Shown: piece after piece, positions 20,077 to 31,824 of the stretch | How the letters are laid out: the number at the start of each line of letters is the position of its first letter | Numbering within the stretch: position 1 is the first letter of the stretch | Assembly (NCBI GenBank): GCA_035604455.1 | Contig: DATNIM010000100.1 | Coordinates: 7,592-71,591 of the forward strand | Direction: 5' to 3' | Length of the DNA: 64,000 bases | Origin: Gemmatimonadales bacterium | GTDB lineage: Bacteria > Gemmatimonadota > Gemmatimonadetes > Gemmatimonadales > GWC2-71-9 | Notes under the pieces: generated by a model | What the model saw: only the letters and a program-made list of their open reading frames with translations | Databases searched by the model: none | What the model was told of the DNA's origin: nothing | Made by a program: the position numbers and the translations under genes

Positions 20077-22026
20077 TCACGCGGGGCGCGGTGCGACCCG
20101 GGCCAGTACGCGCCGGAGCTCGTCCAGAGTGAAGGGTTTCTTCAAGTAGGGGCGGCCCAGGCCTTCGAGGAAGTGCAGCGTGTCGCCGCGCACCGTGTCG
20201 CCCGTCGCGAACACGATCCGGGCGGCGGCGATGGGGTGCTCGTGTGTGAGGCGGTGGTACATCTCGCGCCCGCCGACATGGGGCATCCGCAGATCGCAAA
20301 TGATGACATCGAAGGGCTCGCCAAGCGCGCGTTCGCAGGCGTGCGCTCCATCCGTCGCCACGTCGACGGTGTGGCCCCAGCTCTCGAGGGTGGAGCGCAT
20401 GTAGTACAGGATGTGCGGTTCGTCATCCACGACGAGCACCCGGAGCGGGTGCGGGTCGCGCGCGGGTTCCACGGGGGCGCTCACGCGGACGCCGGCGGCG
20501 GCGCCGGGTAGTTCCACCGTGAACGTGGCGCCGGCGCCCGAGCGGGTCTCGAGCGTCAACCGACCGCCGTGCTCCTTCACGATGCCTTGGCAAATGGAGA
20601 GCCCAAGGCCTGTGCCCTGGCCCTCTCCCTTCGTCGTGAAAAAGGGCTCGAAGACGCGCGCGACGAAGTCGTCCGGAATCCCGGGCCCCGTATCCGTCAC
20701 GCTGACCGCGACCCCGTCGAGCCAGCGGCGCGCGCCGACTGTGATGCGACCCGGGCGATGCTCGCCCGCGATCGCCTGGGCCGCGTTGGCAATGAGGTTG
20801 ACGAACACCTGCTGAATCTGGTTCGCGTTGATTTCAAGGTTCGGCAGCCCGTCCTCGATCTCGAGCGTGGCGCTCACGTGGTGCGCGAGCAACTCGTTGT
20901 GGAGGAGGGCGAGGGTCGAGTCGAGGACCGGCTTGAGGTCCTGAACCTTGCGGCCGCCTTCCTGGCTGCGGGCGAACGACAACAGGTTCTTCACGATGGT
21001 GGCCGCGCGCTCTGCTTCCTGGCGGATGACGTGCAGCGGTTCGCTAAGCGCCGCCGGTACCTCCCCGGTCTCCGCGAGGAAATCCGATAGCCCCACGACG
21101 GAGGCGAGCGGATTGTTGAGATCGTGGGCGACCCCGGCGATCAACTGGCCGATGGCCGACATCTTCTCCGACTGGATCAGTTGGTCCTGGAGCTGGCGCT
21201 TTTCCGTCTGGTCCTCGAAGACGAGCACGGCCGCCCCCGCGTCCGCGAGGGCGATCACCGTGCACAAGAGGGTCCGTTCTCCGGCTCGCAGCTCGATCGG
21301 GGCCGGATGCTGCGCGCGCTCAGCGACCGCCCGGCCCACGGGGTCCACCCAGGCGGGCGGCAGGAGGTCGAGCCACGGTCGGCCGGGGAGTCCCGTGACC
21401 GGCGTCCGGACGAGGTCGGCGAACACCCGGTTGGCGCGGCGCACCACACCCTGGGCGTCGATGATGCAGATCGCCTGTGTGATCGCGTCCACGGTCTCTT
21501 CCCAGGAGCGTTTGGCGCTCGAGAGGAGCTCGAGGAGGCGCGCGTTCTCGAGTGCGATTGTCGCTTGGGCGACCGCCGCGCGCACGACCGTCAGGGCGGC
21601 GGGTGAGAAGGCCCCGGCGCGCCGGGCGGTGAGCGACACGGCGCCGATCGGGCGTCCGGCCGCCGCGAGCGGAGCGCCGATCCAGGCCGCCGGCTCGTCG
21701 CGGCCGAGCGCGACGCCGAGCTCCCTGGCGCGTGCCGCCACGTCTCGCTCGAACAGGAGCGGCCCCGATCGGAGCGCGAGCTGGATCAAGGGGTCGTCCG
21801 TCGCGGCGGGCTCGGCCGCGGAATCCGACGCCACGGCGAGGCGGCTCGTGTCGGCGTCGAGGAGGACCACGATCAGGCGGTCGGGTGCGAGCAGCTCCGT
21901 CAGGGCCCGGGCGAGCAGCTCCACGGCCGTCGCCGGCCGAAAGGCTCCGGCCAGCTCTTGGGACAGTTGTGTGAGGCGACCAAGCAGCGCAGGGCTTGCG
22001 GTCGCTCTCGTGGTGGTCTCGCTCAC
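20077..22026 (-). CDS. hybrid sensor histidine kinase (GAF-PAS-HisKA-HATPase-receiver)
   Basis: H-box AGVAHDLNNPLASV, N/G boxes NLIANAAQA..DTGPGIP..GTGLGLS, and a C-terminal receiver domain VLVVDDEPHI..VIICDLRMP..KKPF. Confidence 0.85.
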   Translation of the reverse strand: MSETTTRATASPALLGRLTQLSQELAGAFRPATAVELLARALTELLAPDRLIVVLLDADTSRLAVASDSAAEPAATDDPLIQLALRSGPLLFERDVAARARELGVALGRDEPAAWIGAPLAAAGRPIGAVSLTARRAGAFSPAALTVVRAAVAQATIALENARLLELLSSAKRSWEETVDAITQAICIIDAQGVVRRANRVFADLVRTPVTGLPGRPWLDLLPPAWVDPVGRAVAERAQHPAPIELRAGERTLLCTVIALADAGAAVLVFEDQTEKRQLQDQLIQSEKMSAIGQLIAGVAHDLNNPLASVVGLSDFLAETGEVPAALSEPLHVIRQEAERAATIVKNLLSFARSQEGGRKVQDLKPVLDSTLALLHNELLAHHVSATLEIEDGLPNLEINANQIQQVFVNLIANAAQAIAGEHRPGRITVGARRWLDGVAVSVTDTGPGIPDDFVARVFEPFFTTKGEGQGTGLGLSICQGIVKEHGGRLTLETRSGAGATFTVELPGAAAGVRVSAPVEPARDPHPLRVLVVDDEPHILYYMRSTLESWGHTVDVATDGAHACERALGEPFDVIICDLRMPHVGGREMYHRLTHEHPIAAARIVFATGDTVRGDTLHFLEGLGRPYLKKPFTLDELRRVLARVAPRPA

Positions 22027-22068
22027 TGGTCTCGCCGACTGCGCCCCCGACCGATCACCGAGTCCATC

Positions 22069-22746
22069 TCAGTTCACAGCCGCGGCAAACGTGCGGAACA
22101 GCGCCCCCTCCCCCTCATCTTCGGGGTGCCACTGCACGGCCATCGTCCACGTGGCCTCCGTGCCCTCGACCGCCTCGATGACGCCGTCCGGTGCCCACGC
22201 GCTCGCGCGCAGTCTTGGCGCCAAGTCGCGGATCGCCTGGTGGTGGCGACTGTTGACCGTGGTCTCGGCAACGCCGAGCGCCGTCCTCATGGAGGAGGCG
22301 GCCGCAATCCGCAGGGCATGTTGGGCGGTGTCCGCGTGATCGATCGGTCCCGGGCGCTCGCTTGGGAGATCCTGGTAGAGGGTCCCGCCGAGCGCGACGT
22401 TCAAGATCTGAAGACCGCGACAAATGCCCAGCACGGGGATCCCCCGCTCGCTGGCCGCGCCGATCAGCGCCACCTCGAGTGCATCGCGCACGGGGTCGGT
22501 TTCTTCGAGCTTCGGGTGCGGGGGGGCTCCGTAGAGCCCGGGGGCGACGTCCTCGCCGCCGGTGAGCACGAGCCCCGAAACGCGTGCGAGCGCGGCCGCC
22601 CCCTCGGCGGGATCGAGCGTCGCCGGCACGACGAGTGGCACGAGACCAGCACGTCGGACCGCGGCCAGGTACGCGTCGTTCAGCACGAGACGGGCGCGGC
22701 CCTCGATGGTCGTCAGGCGGGCGGTCACGGCCACGACGCGGTTCAT
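22069..22746 (-). CDS. class-I glutamine amidotransferase / gamma-glutamyl hydrolase (peptidase C26, PuuD-like)
   Basis: Track ORF 22069..23235 trimmed to ATG 22746 (MNRVVAVTAR..), which overlaps the upstream stop (ATGA). Contains GLVLTGGEDV, the nucleophile elbow GICRGLQILNVALGG, and VQWHPE. Confidence 0.8.
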   Translation of the reverse strand: MNRVVAVTARLTTIEGRARLVLNDAYLAAVRRAGLVPLVVPATLDPAEGAAALARVSGLVLTGGEDVAPGLYGAPPHPKLEETDPVRDALEVALIGAASERGIPVLGICRGLQILNVALGGTLYQDLPSERPGPIDHADTAQHALRIAAASSMRTALGVAETTVNSRHHQAIRDLAPRLRASAWAPDGVIEAVEGTEATWTMAVQWHPEDEGEGALFRTFAAAVN

Positions 22747-23333
22747 CGGGGGGGGACGGGCGGCCCCAGTAGGGGGCAACGGGGGTTGCTGACGCCCGCC
22801 CACGAGACGCGCACGCCGACCAAGGGAATACTGCGATCGACCCCCGTCACGGACCCCAACACCGGGTCGCCGCGCGCGGCCTCGGATTCGTAGATGAGCA
22901 CTCCTTGGGCACGCTCCGTCGAGTCGTCGACCACGAGGAGCCCGTAGCCGCCGGGCGCCGCCGGGAACCCGAGCCCTTGGTATCCCATCACGAGCGTGTG
23001 CGCGCTGTCGGCTCGCGCGATGAGGACGGTGCCTTGGTCCGGCTGGCCCACGACCCGCGCCGGCAGCGTCGGCGATAAACCCCGCGGAGGCTCGGTGAGG
23101 ACGGCAGAGGGATTGATCAGCTGCTGTTGGATGAGCGTCGGGCCCACGACCTGCGCGAGGCCGCACGTCGGGGAATGTGCTCCGCGCTCCCCAGCGCAAT
23201 TGAGCGCCGACCAAGCACCGAACGCCCAGATCCACGTGCGCAGACCGCCGGCTCTCGGTACGCTGAGCATGCGACGCGCGGCTCGCCGCATGCGGGTTGT
23301 CGCGCCGGTCCGAGGTCCGGTCATGCGGGCCAA
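22743..23333 (-). CDS. hypothetical secreted protein / lipoprotein
   Basis: Signal-like WIWAFGAWSALNC(A). No recognised domain. The start is uncertain (23333, or MRRAARRM at 23291). The gene is coupled to the amidotransferase gene. Confidence 0.4.
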   Translation of the reverse strand: MARMTGPRTGATTRMRRAARRMLSVPRAGGLRTWIWAFGAWSALNCAGERGAHSPTCGLAQVVGPTLIQQQLINPSAVLTEPPRGLSPTLPARVVGQPDQGTVLIARADSAHTLVMGYQGLGFPAAPGGYGLLVVDDSTERAQGVLIYESEAARGDPVLGSVTGVDRSIPLVGVRVSWAGVSNPRCPLLGPPVPPR

Positions 23334-23371
23334 TCTAATACCGGGAGCGGGACACCCGCGTCGCGCTCAGC

Positions 23372-23399
23372 TTGACCGTGGTTCTGGGTGGCATAACCT
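23372..23399 (+). promoter_or_regulatory. sigma70-like promoter candidate (TTGACC-N16-TAACCT)
   Basis: TTGACC at 23372-23377 and TAACCT at 23394-23399, in the divergent gap ahead of the coiled-coil gene. The same -10 hexamer recurs at the gcvH promoter candidate. Confidence 0.35.
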
Positions 23400-23548
23400 T
23401 TCCGAGTGTGAGGCGGCCTCGAAGAGTTCGAGCAGAGCGTTCGGCGAGGCGCCGATAACGTGAACCGCTTCCCGCCGTTGGCCGGTCGACCTAGCCGCTC
23501 CACCGCGGTCCGGGCCGGCGACCCGTATCCTTTGCTCGCTCGAGCCCC

Positions 23549-24106
23549 TTGATCCGACGGATCGGCCGGCTCCGCGCCGCTGTCGACAAGGCCGCGTCGA
23601 CCGAGGCTCTCCAGGAACTCGCGCACCGGCTCCGGGAGGCTGTCGTCGACGCCATCGCCGGGGTGGCCGAGCTACGCGCGGCGCGTGAGCGAACGGAGGC
23701 CGCGCTCGCGATGCAGCGCCGGCAACGTGCCGAGGCCGAGCGGCGCGGGCGACTCGCCCGCGACATCCAGGACTCAGAGACCGCGGAGATCGCCGCGCGC
23801 TTCGCCGCGAAGCATGCCGAGCAGGTGGTGCGGCTCGAACAGCAGGCGCTGAGTACCGAGCGGGCGCTTGTTGGCGCCATGCGAGAACTCGACGAACTCC
23901 GCAGCGAGCTCGTCCGCGCCGAGCGTGACGGCCCGGCAAGCGCGGCTGAACGCAGCGCCGAGCGGGCGTGGCGCGCGCTCCGAGCCGGCAGGGACGTCCC
24001 GGAGGGCGACATGCCCGGCGCGGTTCCCGAGGCCGAGCGCAAGCTCGCGAAAGAAGCCGCTGTGGAACAGCAACTCCGCGAACTCAAGCAGCGTCTGAGG
24101 CCATGA
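23549..24106 (+). CDS. coiled-coil protein, PspA/IM30-like pattern
   Basis: 185 aa with a TTG start. Continuous heptad-like Ala/Arg/Glu-rich helix (..ELRAARERTEAALAMQRRQRAEAERRGRLARDIQDSETAEIAARFAAKHAEQVVRLEQQA..). The family call is tentative. Confidence 0.4.
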   Translation: MIRRIGRLRAAVDKAASTEALQELAHRLREAVVDAIAGVAELRAARERTEAALAMQRRQRAEAERRGRLARDIQDSETAEIAARFAAKHAEQVVRLEQQALSTERALVGAMRELDELRSELVRAERDGPASAAERSAERAWRALRAGRDVPEGDMPGAVPEAERKLAKEAAVEQQLRELKQRLRP

Positions 24107-24206
24107 GAACGCGACCCCACGCGTCCGACGACTCGGGGCCCGCAAGCCGCCGCCGGCGGTCCGGTCCCCGGCCGACCCGCGCGAACCGCACCACCCGGGA
24201 GGCACG

Positions 24207-24588
24207 ATGGAGATCAAGCGCGACCGCATGGTCTCGCTCGGCTATGGCCGGTATTGGCGGTCCGATCGCATCCTCGGTCTGATGCCGATCGAGGACGAGC
24301 GCGGGCCCCGGCGTCGGACGAACGTGTTCGTGGAGGGACGTCCCGACCCGATCGTGGCTTCGCGGACCGAGCAGGGCATTCTCGACGACATGGCTGCGGA
24401 TCCCGCCCAAACACACGTCTTGCGCGAGAGTGTTGTAGAGCTGATGGCCGCGTTCCACGAGTTCTCCCCGGTGCTGCGCCGCGCCCTCCAACGCGAACAC
24501 CACTTCGATGTGGAGCGCTGGGAGGCGCGGCTCGCCCAGACTCTGCGCCCGTCGTCGGCGCCTGAGACTGGGGAGCAAAGCGAACTGT

Positions 24589-24596
<8 letters not shown>
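24207..24596 (+). CDS. hypothetical protein with DUF370/RemA-like N-terminal pattern
   Basis: GGGAGG lies 5 nt upstream of the ATG. LGYGRYWRSDRILGLMPIED..PIVASRTEQGIL loosely parallels RemA (IGFGNIVSANRIVAIVSPES..ILSAVQPETV). The helical C-terminal half is not recognised. Confidence 0.4.
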
Positions 24597-25950
<1,354 letters not shown>

Positions 25951-25959
25951 GGTCGGCCC

Positions 25960-27321
25960 TCAGTTGAAGCGCGTCGTCCGCCACAGGAGGTAGCCCGTCC
26001 CGACGAGCAGGGCCAGCATGGCGGCGACGAGCCCCGTGAACGCGGTCCACCCGAGCGCAACCGCCGGTCGGCGCGCGAGGAGTCCGAGGCCCACGAACAC
26101 AGCGGACGCGGAGCCAACGATCAGCCAATCGACCGGGCGGCGACCACGCGTCGCTGAGGCGGCCGCTTCCCCCCTGAGACCAGCTCGCACGTAGGCCGGG
26201 TCCACGTGGTAGCGCGTTTGCTCCCGTCGCGCCGCGGCTTCCCAGGCGCTCCGTTCGGTCGCGCCGGCGGCCGCGCTCGCAATCGCGACCGCGCCCGCCG
26301 CCATGACGAGGGACCCGCCGATGACCTCGGCATAGCGTTCCACCCCGCTCCCGCGAAGCTCGCCGAACACGAACAGGCCCCAGAGGAGTCCCCACAGCTG
26401 ATTCGTGTTTGAGAGCGGGATCCCGCGGCTGATTCCCACGTATTTCGCCGCGTATTGCTGGAACAGGTCGCCCACCACCCACACGAAGCCGCCGCACAGC
26501 AACCAGAAGAGGGCCGCGCGCGCCTCGACCAGGTCCCGCGCCAGGGTTGCAAGCCCGCCTTCCTGCGCCATCGCGACCGCCGTCATCGTGACAAGCTCCC
26601 CGACTGAGAAGAACGTGACGAAGGACAGCGGGTTCATCCCAGTCAGGTAGGCCTTCCGGTATGGGATGTACATCGTGCCCCACAGCACTCCGGCTCCGAG
26701 CGCCGCGGTCACTCCCCGCCACGCGTGTCCACCCGTCGTCGCGCGAGTTGAGGCCACAGCGAGGGCCGTCCCCCCGAGAAACATGAGCGCCGCCCCGCCG
26801 AGGACGGCGAACCATTGCGCCCGTCGTGCTCCGCGCAACTCGTTGAAGAGAACGATACCCCACACGATCCCGAGCAGGCTGTTGGCATTCCACAGCGGGA
26901 ACGCGATGCTCAGCCCGATGTCTCTGATCGCGAAGATGGTGAGCGTATTCGCGACCGCCCACAGGCCGCCGGCAAGCAACGCCCAGACCACGAGGTGCGG
27001 CGCTTCGCGGACGTCGGTCCCGACCCCCGCGGTGCCACGTACGAGCGCCGGGACGCTCCAGCGGGCTACGAACACGCCGAGCACCATCGCAAGCGAGACG
27101 ACCACCGGCGGCAGGGCGAGCGACGCGAGCTTCGTCGGGGCTTCGGCCGCCCCGAGCCACGCCCCCGCGGCAAACCCGCTCGCCACCCCTGCCAGGTACA
27201 GGCGGCGCACGCGCTCCGGCCCGAGAGCGCCCGTCACCGGATCCAGCGCAGCAACAGCAGCCCGGCGAGCAGCACGCCCAGTGGGACCCAGAACTGCACG
27301 TCGGTAAGCACTGCGCGCCAC
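25960..27321 (-). CDS. DMT-superfamily permease (GRP/RhaT-like sugar transporter pattern)
   Basis: 453-aa polytopic protein with two EamA-like halves. IAFPLWNANSLLGIVWGIVLFNE resembles glucose/ribose-porter family motifs. Confidence 0.5.
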   Translation of the reverse strand: MARSAYRRAVLGPTGRAARRAAVAALDPVTGALGPERVRRLYLAGVASGFAAGAWLGAAEAPTKLASLALPPVVVSLAMVLGVFVARWSVPALVRGTAGVGTDVREAPHLVVWALLAGGLWAVANTLTIFAIRDIGLSIAFPLWNANSLLGIVWGIVLFNELRGARRAQWFAVLGGAALMFLGGTALAVASTRATTGGHAWRGVTAALGAGVLWGTMYIPYRKAYLTGMNPLSFVTFFSVGELVTMTAVAMAQEGGLATLARDLVEARAALFWLLCGGFVWVVGDLFQQYAAKYVGISRGIPLSNTNQLWGLLWGLFVFGELRGSGVERYAEVIGGSLVMAAGAVAIASAAAGATERSAWEAAARREQTRYHVDPAYVRAGLRGEAAASATRGRRPVDWLIVGSASAVFVGLGLLARRPAVALGWTAFTGLVAAMLALLVGTGYLLWRTTRFN

Positions 27322-27331
27322 TCCGTGCGCT

Positions 27332-27928
27332 TCAGTCCCACGAGAGGTCGCTCACGTCCGCGAGAGTGTGTCCGCCGAGGCGATCGGTCTCCGCCCCCAT
27401 GCCAACGGCCACGATGGGGTGGGGCGCGTTCCCGAACGCGCGACGGTAGTCGGCGAACGGGTCGTGGCTCTCGAGGTACCAGGATCCATTGGCGTCTTCG
27501 GACCGTCGGCACACGACGACCGCTCGGCGCCCGGCGTGGGGACTTAAGAACACGTCCCCGATCGGTTCGCCGTTCCCCCACGTGTACGCGAGCGTCCTCC
27601 CGTCGTCGAAGGCCACCACGACGAGCGCCGGGGCGTCGTCGCGCGCGGGGTCGCGAAGCCTCGCCCCCGCCACCGGCGTCGAGGTGCGCCAGCGCCACGA
27701 CAGGGCCGCTCCTTGTTCGCTGGGCGCGAGTGACCTCCGCAATCGGTATATGGCCGTCCCCCCTGTGCCACTGGCCTCGATCTCGAGCGTGTGCTCCCGC
27801 GTGACCCGAAACGCCGGAAGCTCGGCGCGCGGGGCTCGGGTGAGGAGCCACGGGGGCGGTACCCCCCGACCCGGGGAAATGAGGGCGAGGTTCGTCAAGG
27901 TCTGCACCGCCAGCCACACGTGGATCAT
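27332..27928 (-). CDS. DUF3047-like secreted protein
   Basis: Start trimmed to ATG 27928 ([11 protein letters not shown]..), which overlaps the ABC ATPase stop (ATGA). The ..YRLRRSL..LSWRWR...[23 protein letters not shown].. pattern is as I recall for DUF3047. Confidence 0.45.
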   Translation of the reverse strand: MIHVWLAVQTLTNLALISPGRGVPPPWLLTRAPRAELPAFRVTREHTLEIEASGTGGTAIYRLRRSLAPSEQGAALSWRWRTSTPVAGARLRDPARDDAPALVVVAFDDGRTLAYTWGNGEPIGDVFLSPHAGRRAVVVCRRSEDANGSWYLESHDPFADYRRAFGNAPHPIVAVGMGAETDRLGGHTLADVSDLSWD

Positions 27929-28917
27929 GGGAGCGGCTCCGTCGCGAAATGACATGCCGCCGTGTGGCCCGCCGCAACCTCGCGCAGCGCGGGGCGCTCG
28001 GTTCGGCAGCGCTCGTCTTTGCGCGGGTGGGGGCAGCGCGGATGGAACGGACAGCCGGCCGGAGGCGCGAATGGCGAAGGCGGGTCGCCCGCGAGAGGGA
28101 TCCGTGATCGGCGGCTGGTCGGGTCGGGCACCGGCACGGCCGACAGGAGAGCGGCCGTGTAGGGATGCCGCGGGGTGCTGTAGAGTGTCGCGGCGGGAGC
28201 GCGCTCGACGAGCCGCCCGAGGTACATCACCGCCACGTCGTCGGCGACCTGCTTCACCACGGCGAGGTCATGTGCGATAAACAGGTACGTCAAGCCGCGT
28301 CGCTGCTGCAGGTCGACGAGGAGGTTCAGGACCTGGGCCTGGATCGACACGTCGAGCGCGCTCACCGGCTCGTCGAGCACGAGGAACTTGGGCTCAACCG
28401 ACAGAGCGCGCGCAATGCCAACGCGCTGCCGTTGGCCGCCGGACAGTTCGTGCGGGAAGTGACTCGCGAAGCTGGCGTCGAGACCCACCTCTTCGAGCAG
28501 CGCGTCCACCCGCCGCGACCGTTCAGCGGGGGCCGCAAGGCGATGGATCGCAAGCGGCTCGGCGAGCGCTTGGCGGACGGTCATCCGCGGATTCAGGGCC
28601 CCGTAGGGGTCTTGGAAGACGATCTGCATGCGACGGCGGGCCAAGCGAAGCTCCGCCCGCCCCAATCCCCGCACGTCCAGTCCATCCACGGTGATGCTGC
28701 CCGCGTCCGGCTCCACGAGCCGCAGCACGCTGCGGCCTACCGTCGACTTCCCGCACCCCGATTCGCCCACCAGCCCCAGGGTCTGGGCCGGCCCGATCGT
28801 GAACGACACGCCGTCAACGGCCCGTACCGCCGGCCGGGACTGCCCAAACCCGCGCAGCGTCGGGGACGCCGGAAACTGCTTGGCCAGCCCGTCGACGCTC
28901 ACGAGCGGCGCGGTCAT
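27925..28917 (-). CDS. oligopeptide/dipeptide ABC transporter ATP-binding protein (OppF/DppF type)
   Basis: Trimmed to ATG 28917 ([15 protein letters not shown]). Walker [10 protein letters not shown], signature LSGGQRQR, Walker [12 protein letters not shown], and the C-terminal oligopeptide-type extension with CPFHPRCP. Confidence 0.88.
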   Translation of the reverse strand: MTAPLVSVDGLAKQFPASPTLRGFGQSRPAVRAVDGVSFTIGPAQTLGLVGESGCGKSTVGRSVLRLVEPDAGSITVDGLDVRGLGRAELRLARRRMQIVFQDPYGALNPRMTVRQALAEPLAIHRLAAPAERSRRVDALLEEVGLDASFASHFPHELSGGQRQRVGIARALSVEPKFLVLDEPVSALDVSIQAQVLNLLVDLQQRRGLTYLFIAHDLAVVKQVADDVAVMYLGRLVERAPAATLYSTPRHPYTAALLSAVPVPDPTSRRSRIPLAGDPPSPFAPPAGCPFHPRCPHPRKDERCRTERPALREVAAGHTAACHFATEPLP

Positions 28918-29930
28918 GCGGGTCGGGCCCGTCGCTCCGGCTCCACGAGGAGCCAGCAACGCGCTACATGCGTATCGGGCCCGGTGACGTCGCCGTCCCC
29001 GAGGCCCGGGTCCTCGGCGCGACAGCGCTCCCAGGCGTACGGGCACCGTGGGTGAAACCGACAGCCCCCGGGCCAAGCCGTGGCCGAGGGCACTTGGCCG
29101 GGGATGCTGGGCAGCCGGCGGCGCGGCGTGTCGAGCCGCGGCACCGACGCGAGCAAGCCCTCGGTGTAGGGGTGCAAGGGTCGGGAGAAAAGTTCGGCGG
29201 TCGGTGCGGCCTCGACCACTTGACCCGCGTACATGACGAGCACGCGGTCGACCGCGCCCGCCACGACGCCCAGGTCGTGGGTCACGAGGAGGACCGCCAT
29301 CCCGAGCTCGTCCTGCAAATGGTCGAGCAGCTCCAGAATCTGGGCTTGAATCGTGACGTCGAGTGCGGTGGTGGGCTCATCGGCGATGAGGATCTTCGGT
29401 CGGCAGGCCAAGGCCATCGCGATCATCACCCGCTGACGCATGCCCCCCGAGAGCTCGTGGGGATAGGCGTCGGCGCGCACGGCTGGGTCGGGAATGCCCA
29501 CCAGCTGTAACAGCTCGACGGTGCGTGCGCGCGCCGCGCGCCGCGACGCGCGCTCGTGGACGATGACCGTCTCGGCGATCTGCGCGCCGACCGTGAGCAC
29601 CGGGTTGAGGGACGTCATGGGTTCCTGGAAGATGATCGCCACCTCGCCCCCCCGCAGGGCCTGGAGATCTCGTGGGGGCAGGGCGAGGACGTTGCGGCCT
29701 TCAAATTCGATCAGGCTTCCCGGGAGGATGTGTCCGGGCGGCTCGGTGATCAGCCGGAGGAGCGAGAGCGCCGTCGTCGTTTTGCCACATCCGGACTCGC
29801 CCACGACGCCGAGCGTCTCGCCCGCATAGAGGTCAAAGGAGACCCCGTCCACGGCGCGCGCGGTGCCCGACCCGCGCTCGGTCACGAAATACGTGCGGAG
29901 ATCGCGTACCCGCAGCAGGAGCTCGCTCAC
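28914..29930 (-). CDS. oligopeptide/dipeptide ABC transporter ATP-binding protein (OppD/DppD type)
   Basis: Trimmed to GTG 29930 ([11 protein letters not shown]..), a GTGA overlap with the permease stop. [28 protein letters not shown] and CRFHPRCP. Confidence 0.88.
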   Translation of the reverse strand: MSELLLRVRDLRTYFVTERGSGTARAVDGVSFDLYAGETLGVVGESGCGKTTTALSLLRLITEPPGHILPGSLIEFEGRNVLALPPRDLQALRGGEVAIIFQEPMTSLNPVLTVGAQIAETVIVHERASRRAARARTVELLQLVGIPDPAVRADAYPHELSGGMRQRVMIAMALACRPKILIADEPTTALDVTIQAQILELLDHLQDELGMAVLLVTHDLGVVAGAVDRVLVMYAGQVVEAAPTAELFSRPLHPYTEGLLASVPRLDTPRRRLPSIPGQVPSATAWPGGCRFHPRCPYAWERCRAEDPGLGDGDVTGPDTHVARCWLLVEPERRARPA

Positions 29931-30853
29931 CGAGCAGCCCGGCGCGGATTCAGGGCATCGAGCAGCGCGTCCCCCACGGCGTTCAACGCCATGACGACGA
30001 GCCCGATCGCCAAGCCCGGGAAGAGGGTTGTCCACGGGGCCGTCGCGAGTTGTGGCGCGCCGTCGGCGATCATGTTGCCCCAACTGGGTAGGGGAGGCGG
30101 CACCCCGATCCCCAGAAAGGACAAGCCCGCCTCGAGGAGCATGACGTTGCCGATCCCGAGAGCCGCCGACACGACGATCGGGGCGACCACGTTCGGTAGC
30201 ACGTGTCGGAAGAGGATCCTCGGCGTACCCGCGCCAAGCGCGCGCGCGGCGACCACGAACTCGCGCTCGCGCAGCGACAGCACCTCGCCGCGCACGAGAC
30301 GGCTCGTGCCGAACCACCCGGTGAGGCCGATCACGAGCACGAGCACCCCGAGGGGGAGGCGCTCCCAGATGGCAATTGCCACGAGCAGCAGGAACATCCG
30401 CGGGACCGCGAGCCCCACGTCGACCACGCGCATGAGCACCGCGTCCACGCCACCTCGCAGGTAGCCCGCCATCGCGCCGACGGTACTTCCCACAGTGACC
30501 GCCACGAGCATCGCCAGCGCGCCAACCGCGAGCGACACTCGGGATCCGTAGACCAGCCGGCTCCACACGTCACGGCTGTAGAGGTCGGTGCCGAGCGGGT
30601 GTACCCAGGAGGGCGGTTGGTTCTTCAATGCCACGATGTCGAGCGTCGTCGAGGGCCCGTAGGGTGCCGTCCACGGTGCGGCCAGCGCGAGAGCGATGAA
30701 GAAGACCAGTACGAAGAGGCCCCAGGACGCCGCTTGCTGTCCGAAGAAGCGACGGCCCGTGGAGCTTCCCTTCGCCCGTCGTCGGGTTTCTTCCACGGTC
30801 AAAAACGCGAGCGCGAGCGCACCGATGATGGCGAGAGTCGCGCGGAGGTTCAC
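29927..30853 (-). CDS. ABC peptide transporter permease (OppC/DppC type)
   Basis: Trimmed to GTG 30853 (VNLRATLAIIGAL..), overlapping the upstream stop. Contains the EAA-loop region ..ARALGAGTPRILFRHVLPN... Confidence 0.85.
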   Translation of the reverse strand: MNLRATLAIIGALALAFLTVEETRRRAKGSSTGRRFFGQQAASWGLFVLVFFIALALAAPWTAPYGPSTTLDIVALKNQPPSWVHPLGTDLYSRDVWSRLVYGSRVSLAVGALAMLVAVTVGSTVGAMAGYLRGGVDAVLMRVVDVGLAVPRMFLLLVAIAIWERLPLGVLVLVIGLTGWFGTSRLVRGEVLSLREREFVVAARALGAGTPRILFRHVLPNVVAPIVVSAALGIGNVMLLEAGLSFLGIGVPPPLPSWGNMIADGAPQLATAPWTTLFPGLAIGLVVMALNAVGDALLDALNPRRAAR

Positions 30854-31824
30854 GCGCGGTGCACCCGGATGCGGGGGTCCACGACCGCGTACAACAAGTC
30901 TGCGACCAGGTTCCCGAGCACGACCATGACGGTCGCGCCCAGGGTAGCCGCGAGCACTACCGGATAATCGCGGCGGAAGATTGCATCGGCGGCGAGCTTC
31001 CCCATGCCCGGCCACGCGAACACGGACTCGACGAGCACGGCCCCCGTCAACAGAAACGGGAGCGACAGGCCGAACAGGGTGACGAGCGGCAGCACCGCGT
31101 TCCGCAGTGCGTGTCGCAGGATGACGAGCCGCTCCGGCAGACCCTTGGCGCGGGCCGTGCGGATGTAGTCCTGGGCCAGGACCTCGAGCACCGCCGCGCG
31201 CTCGTAGCGGGCCGTGCTCGCCGCACCGACGCATCCGAGCGTCAACGCCGGCAGCGTGAGGTGCCACAGGCGGTCGACGATGCGCGCCCCGAGCGGGAGC
31301 GTCGGGTAGAGGACTGGGTCGACGACGCCCCCGATGGGGAACCAGTGCAACCCTTCGCCGAACACGAGGAGACTGAGGAGCCCGAGCCAAAACGTCGGGA
31401 CCGATCCCAAGAACAGCGTCCCGTAGCCGAGCGCGATGTCGGGCAACCGGTGGGTGCGAACTGCTTGATAGACGCCGAGGGCGAGACCGAGGACAAGATC
31501 GAGGAGCAAGGCCGTGCCCGCGAGCACGAGGGTATTCGGAATGGCGTCGGCGAGGGCGTCGGCGACGGGCCGGTGGAGGGCGAAGGATTCGCCGAAGTTT
31601 CCCCGCGCGAGCGCCGCGACATACTTCGCGTACTGGACAGGCAGCGGTTGGTCGAGGCCGAACTCGGCCCGCAGGCGGGCGACCACGGCCGGGTCCATGG
31701 GTGTCTCCACTCCGGGGAGGAACGGCACCCCCGGAGCGAGGTGCAGGAGCAGGAACATCGTGGTGACAACGGCGACAACGATGGCGGCCGAGGCGGCAAT
31801 GCGCCGCACCAGCCATAGGGCCAC
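30850..31824 (-). CDS. ABC peptide transporter permease (OppB/DppB type)
   Basis: Trimmed to GTG 31824 (VALWLVRRIAASAAIVV..). YIRTARAKGLPERLVILRHALRNA is the binding-protein-dependent transport signature. Confidence 0.85.
   Translation of the reverse strand: MALWLVRRIAASAAIVVAVVTTMFLLLHLAPGVPFLPGVETPMDPAVVARLRAEFGLDQPLPVQYAKYVAALARGNFGESFALHRPVADALADAIPNTLVLAGTALLLDLVLGLALGVYQAVRTHRLPDIALGYGTLFLGSVPTFWLGLLSLLVFGEGLHWFPIGGVVDPVLYPTLPLGARIVDRLWHLTLPALTLGCVGAASTARYERAAVLEVLAQDYIRTARAKGLPERLVILRHALRNAVLPLVTLFGLSLPFLLTGAVLVESVFAWPGMGKLAADAIFRRDYPVVLAATLGATVMVVLGNLVADLLYAVVDPRIRVHRA

Noticed and set aside
22747-23235. Long N-terminal extensions on track ORFs: 22069-23235, 28914-30566, 29927-31816, 30850-32013, 53660-55141, 9301-10173 and 3499-4842.
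   Set aside because: The extensions read through the upstream gene in another frame and are Arg/Pro-rich. In each case an internal ATG or GTG sits exactly at an ATGA, GTGA or TAGTG junction with the upstream stop and restores a normal family-length protein.
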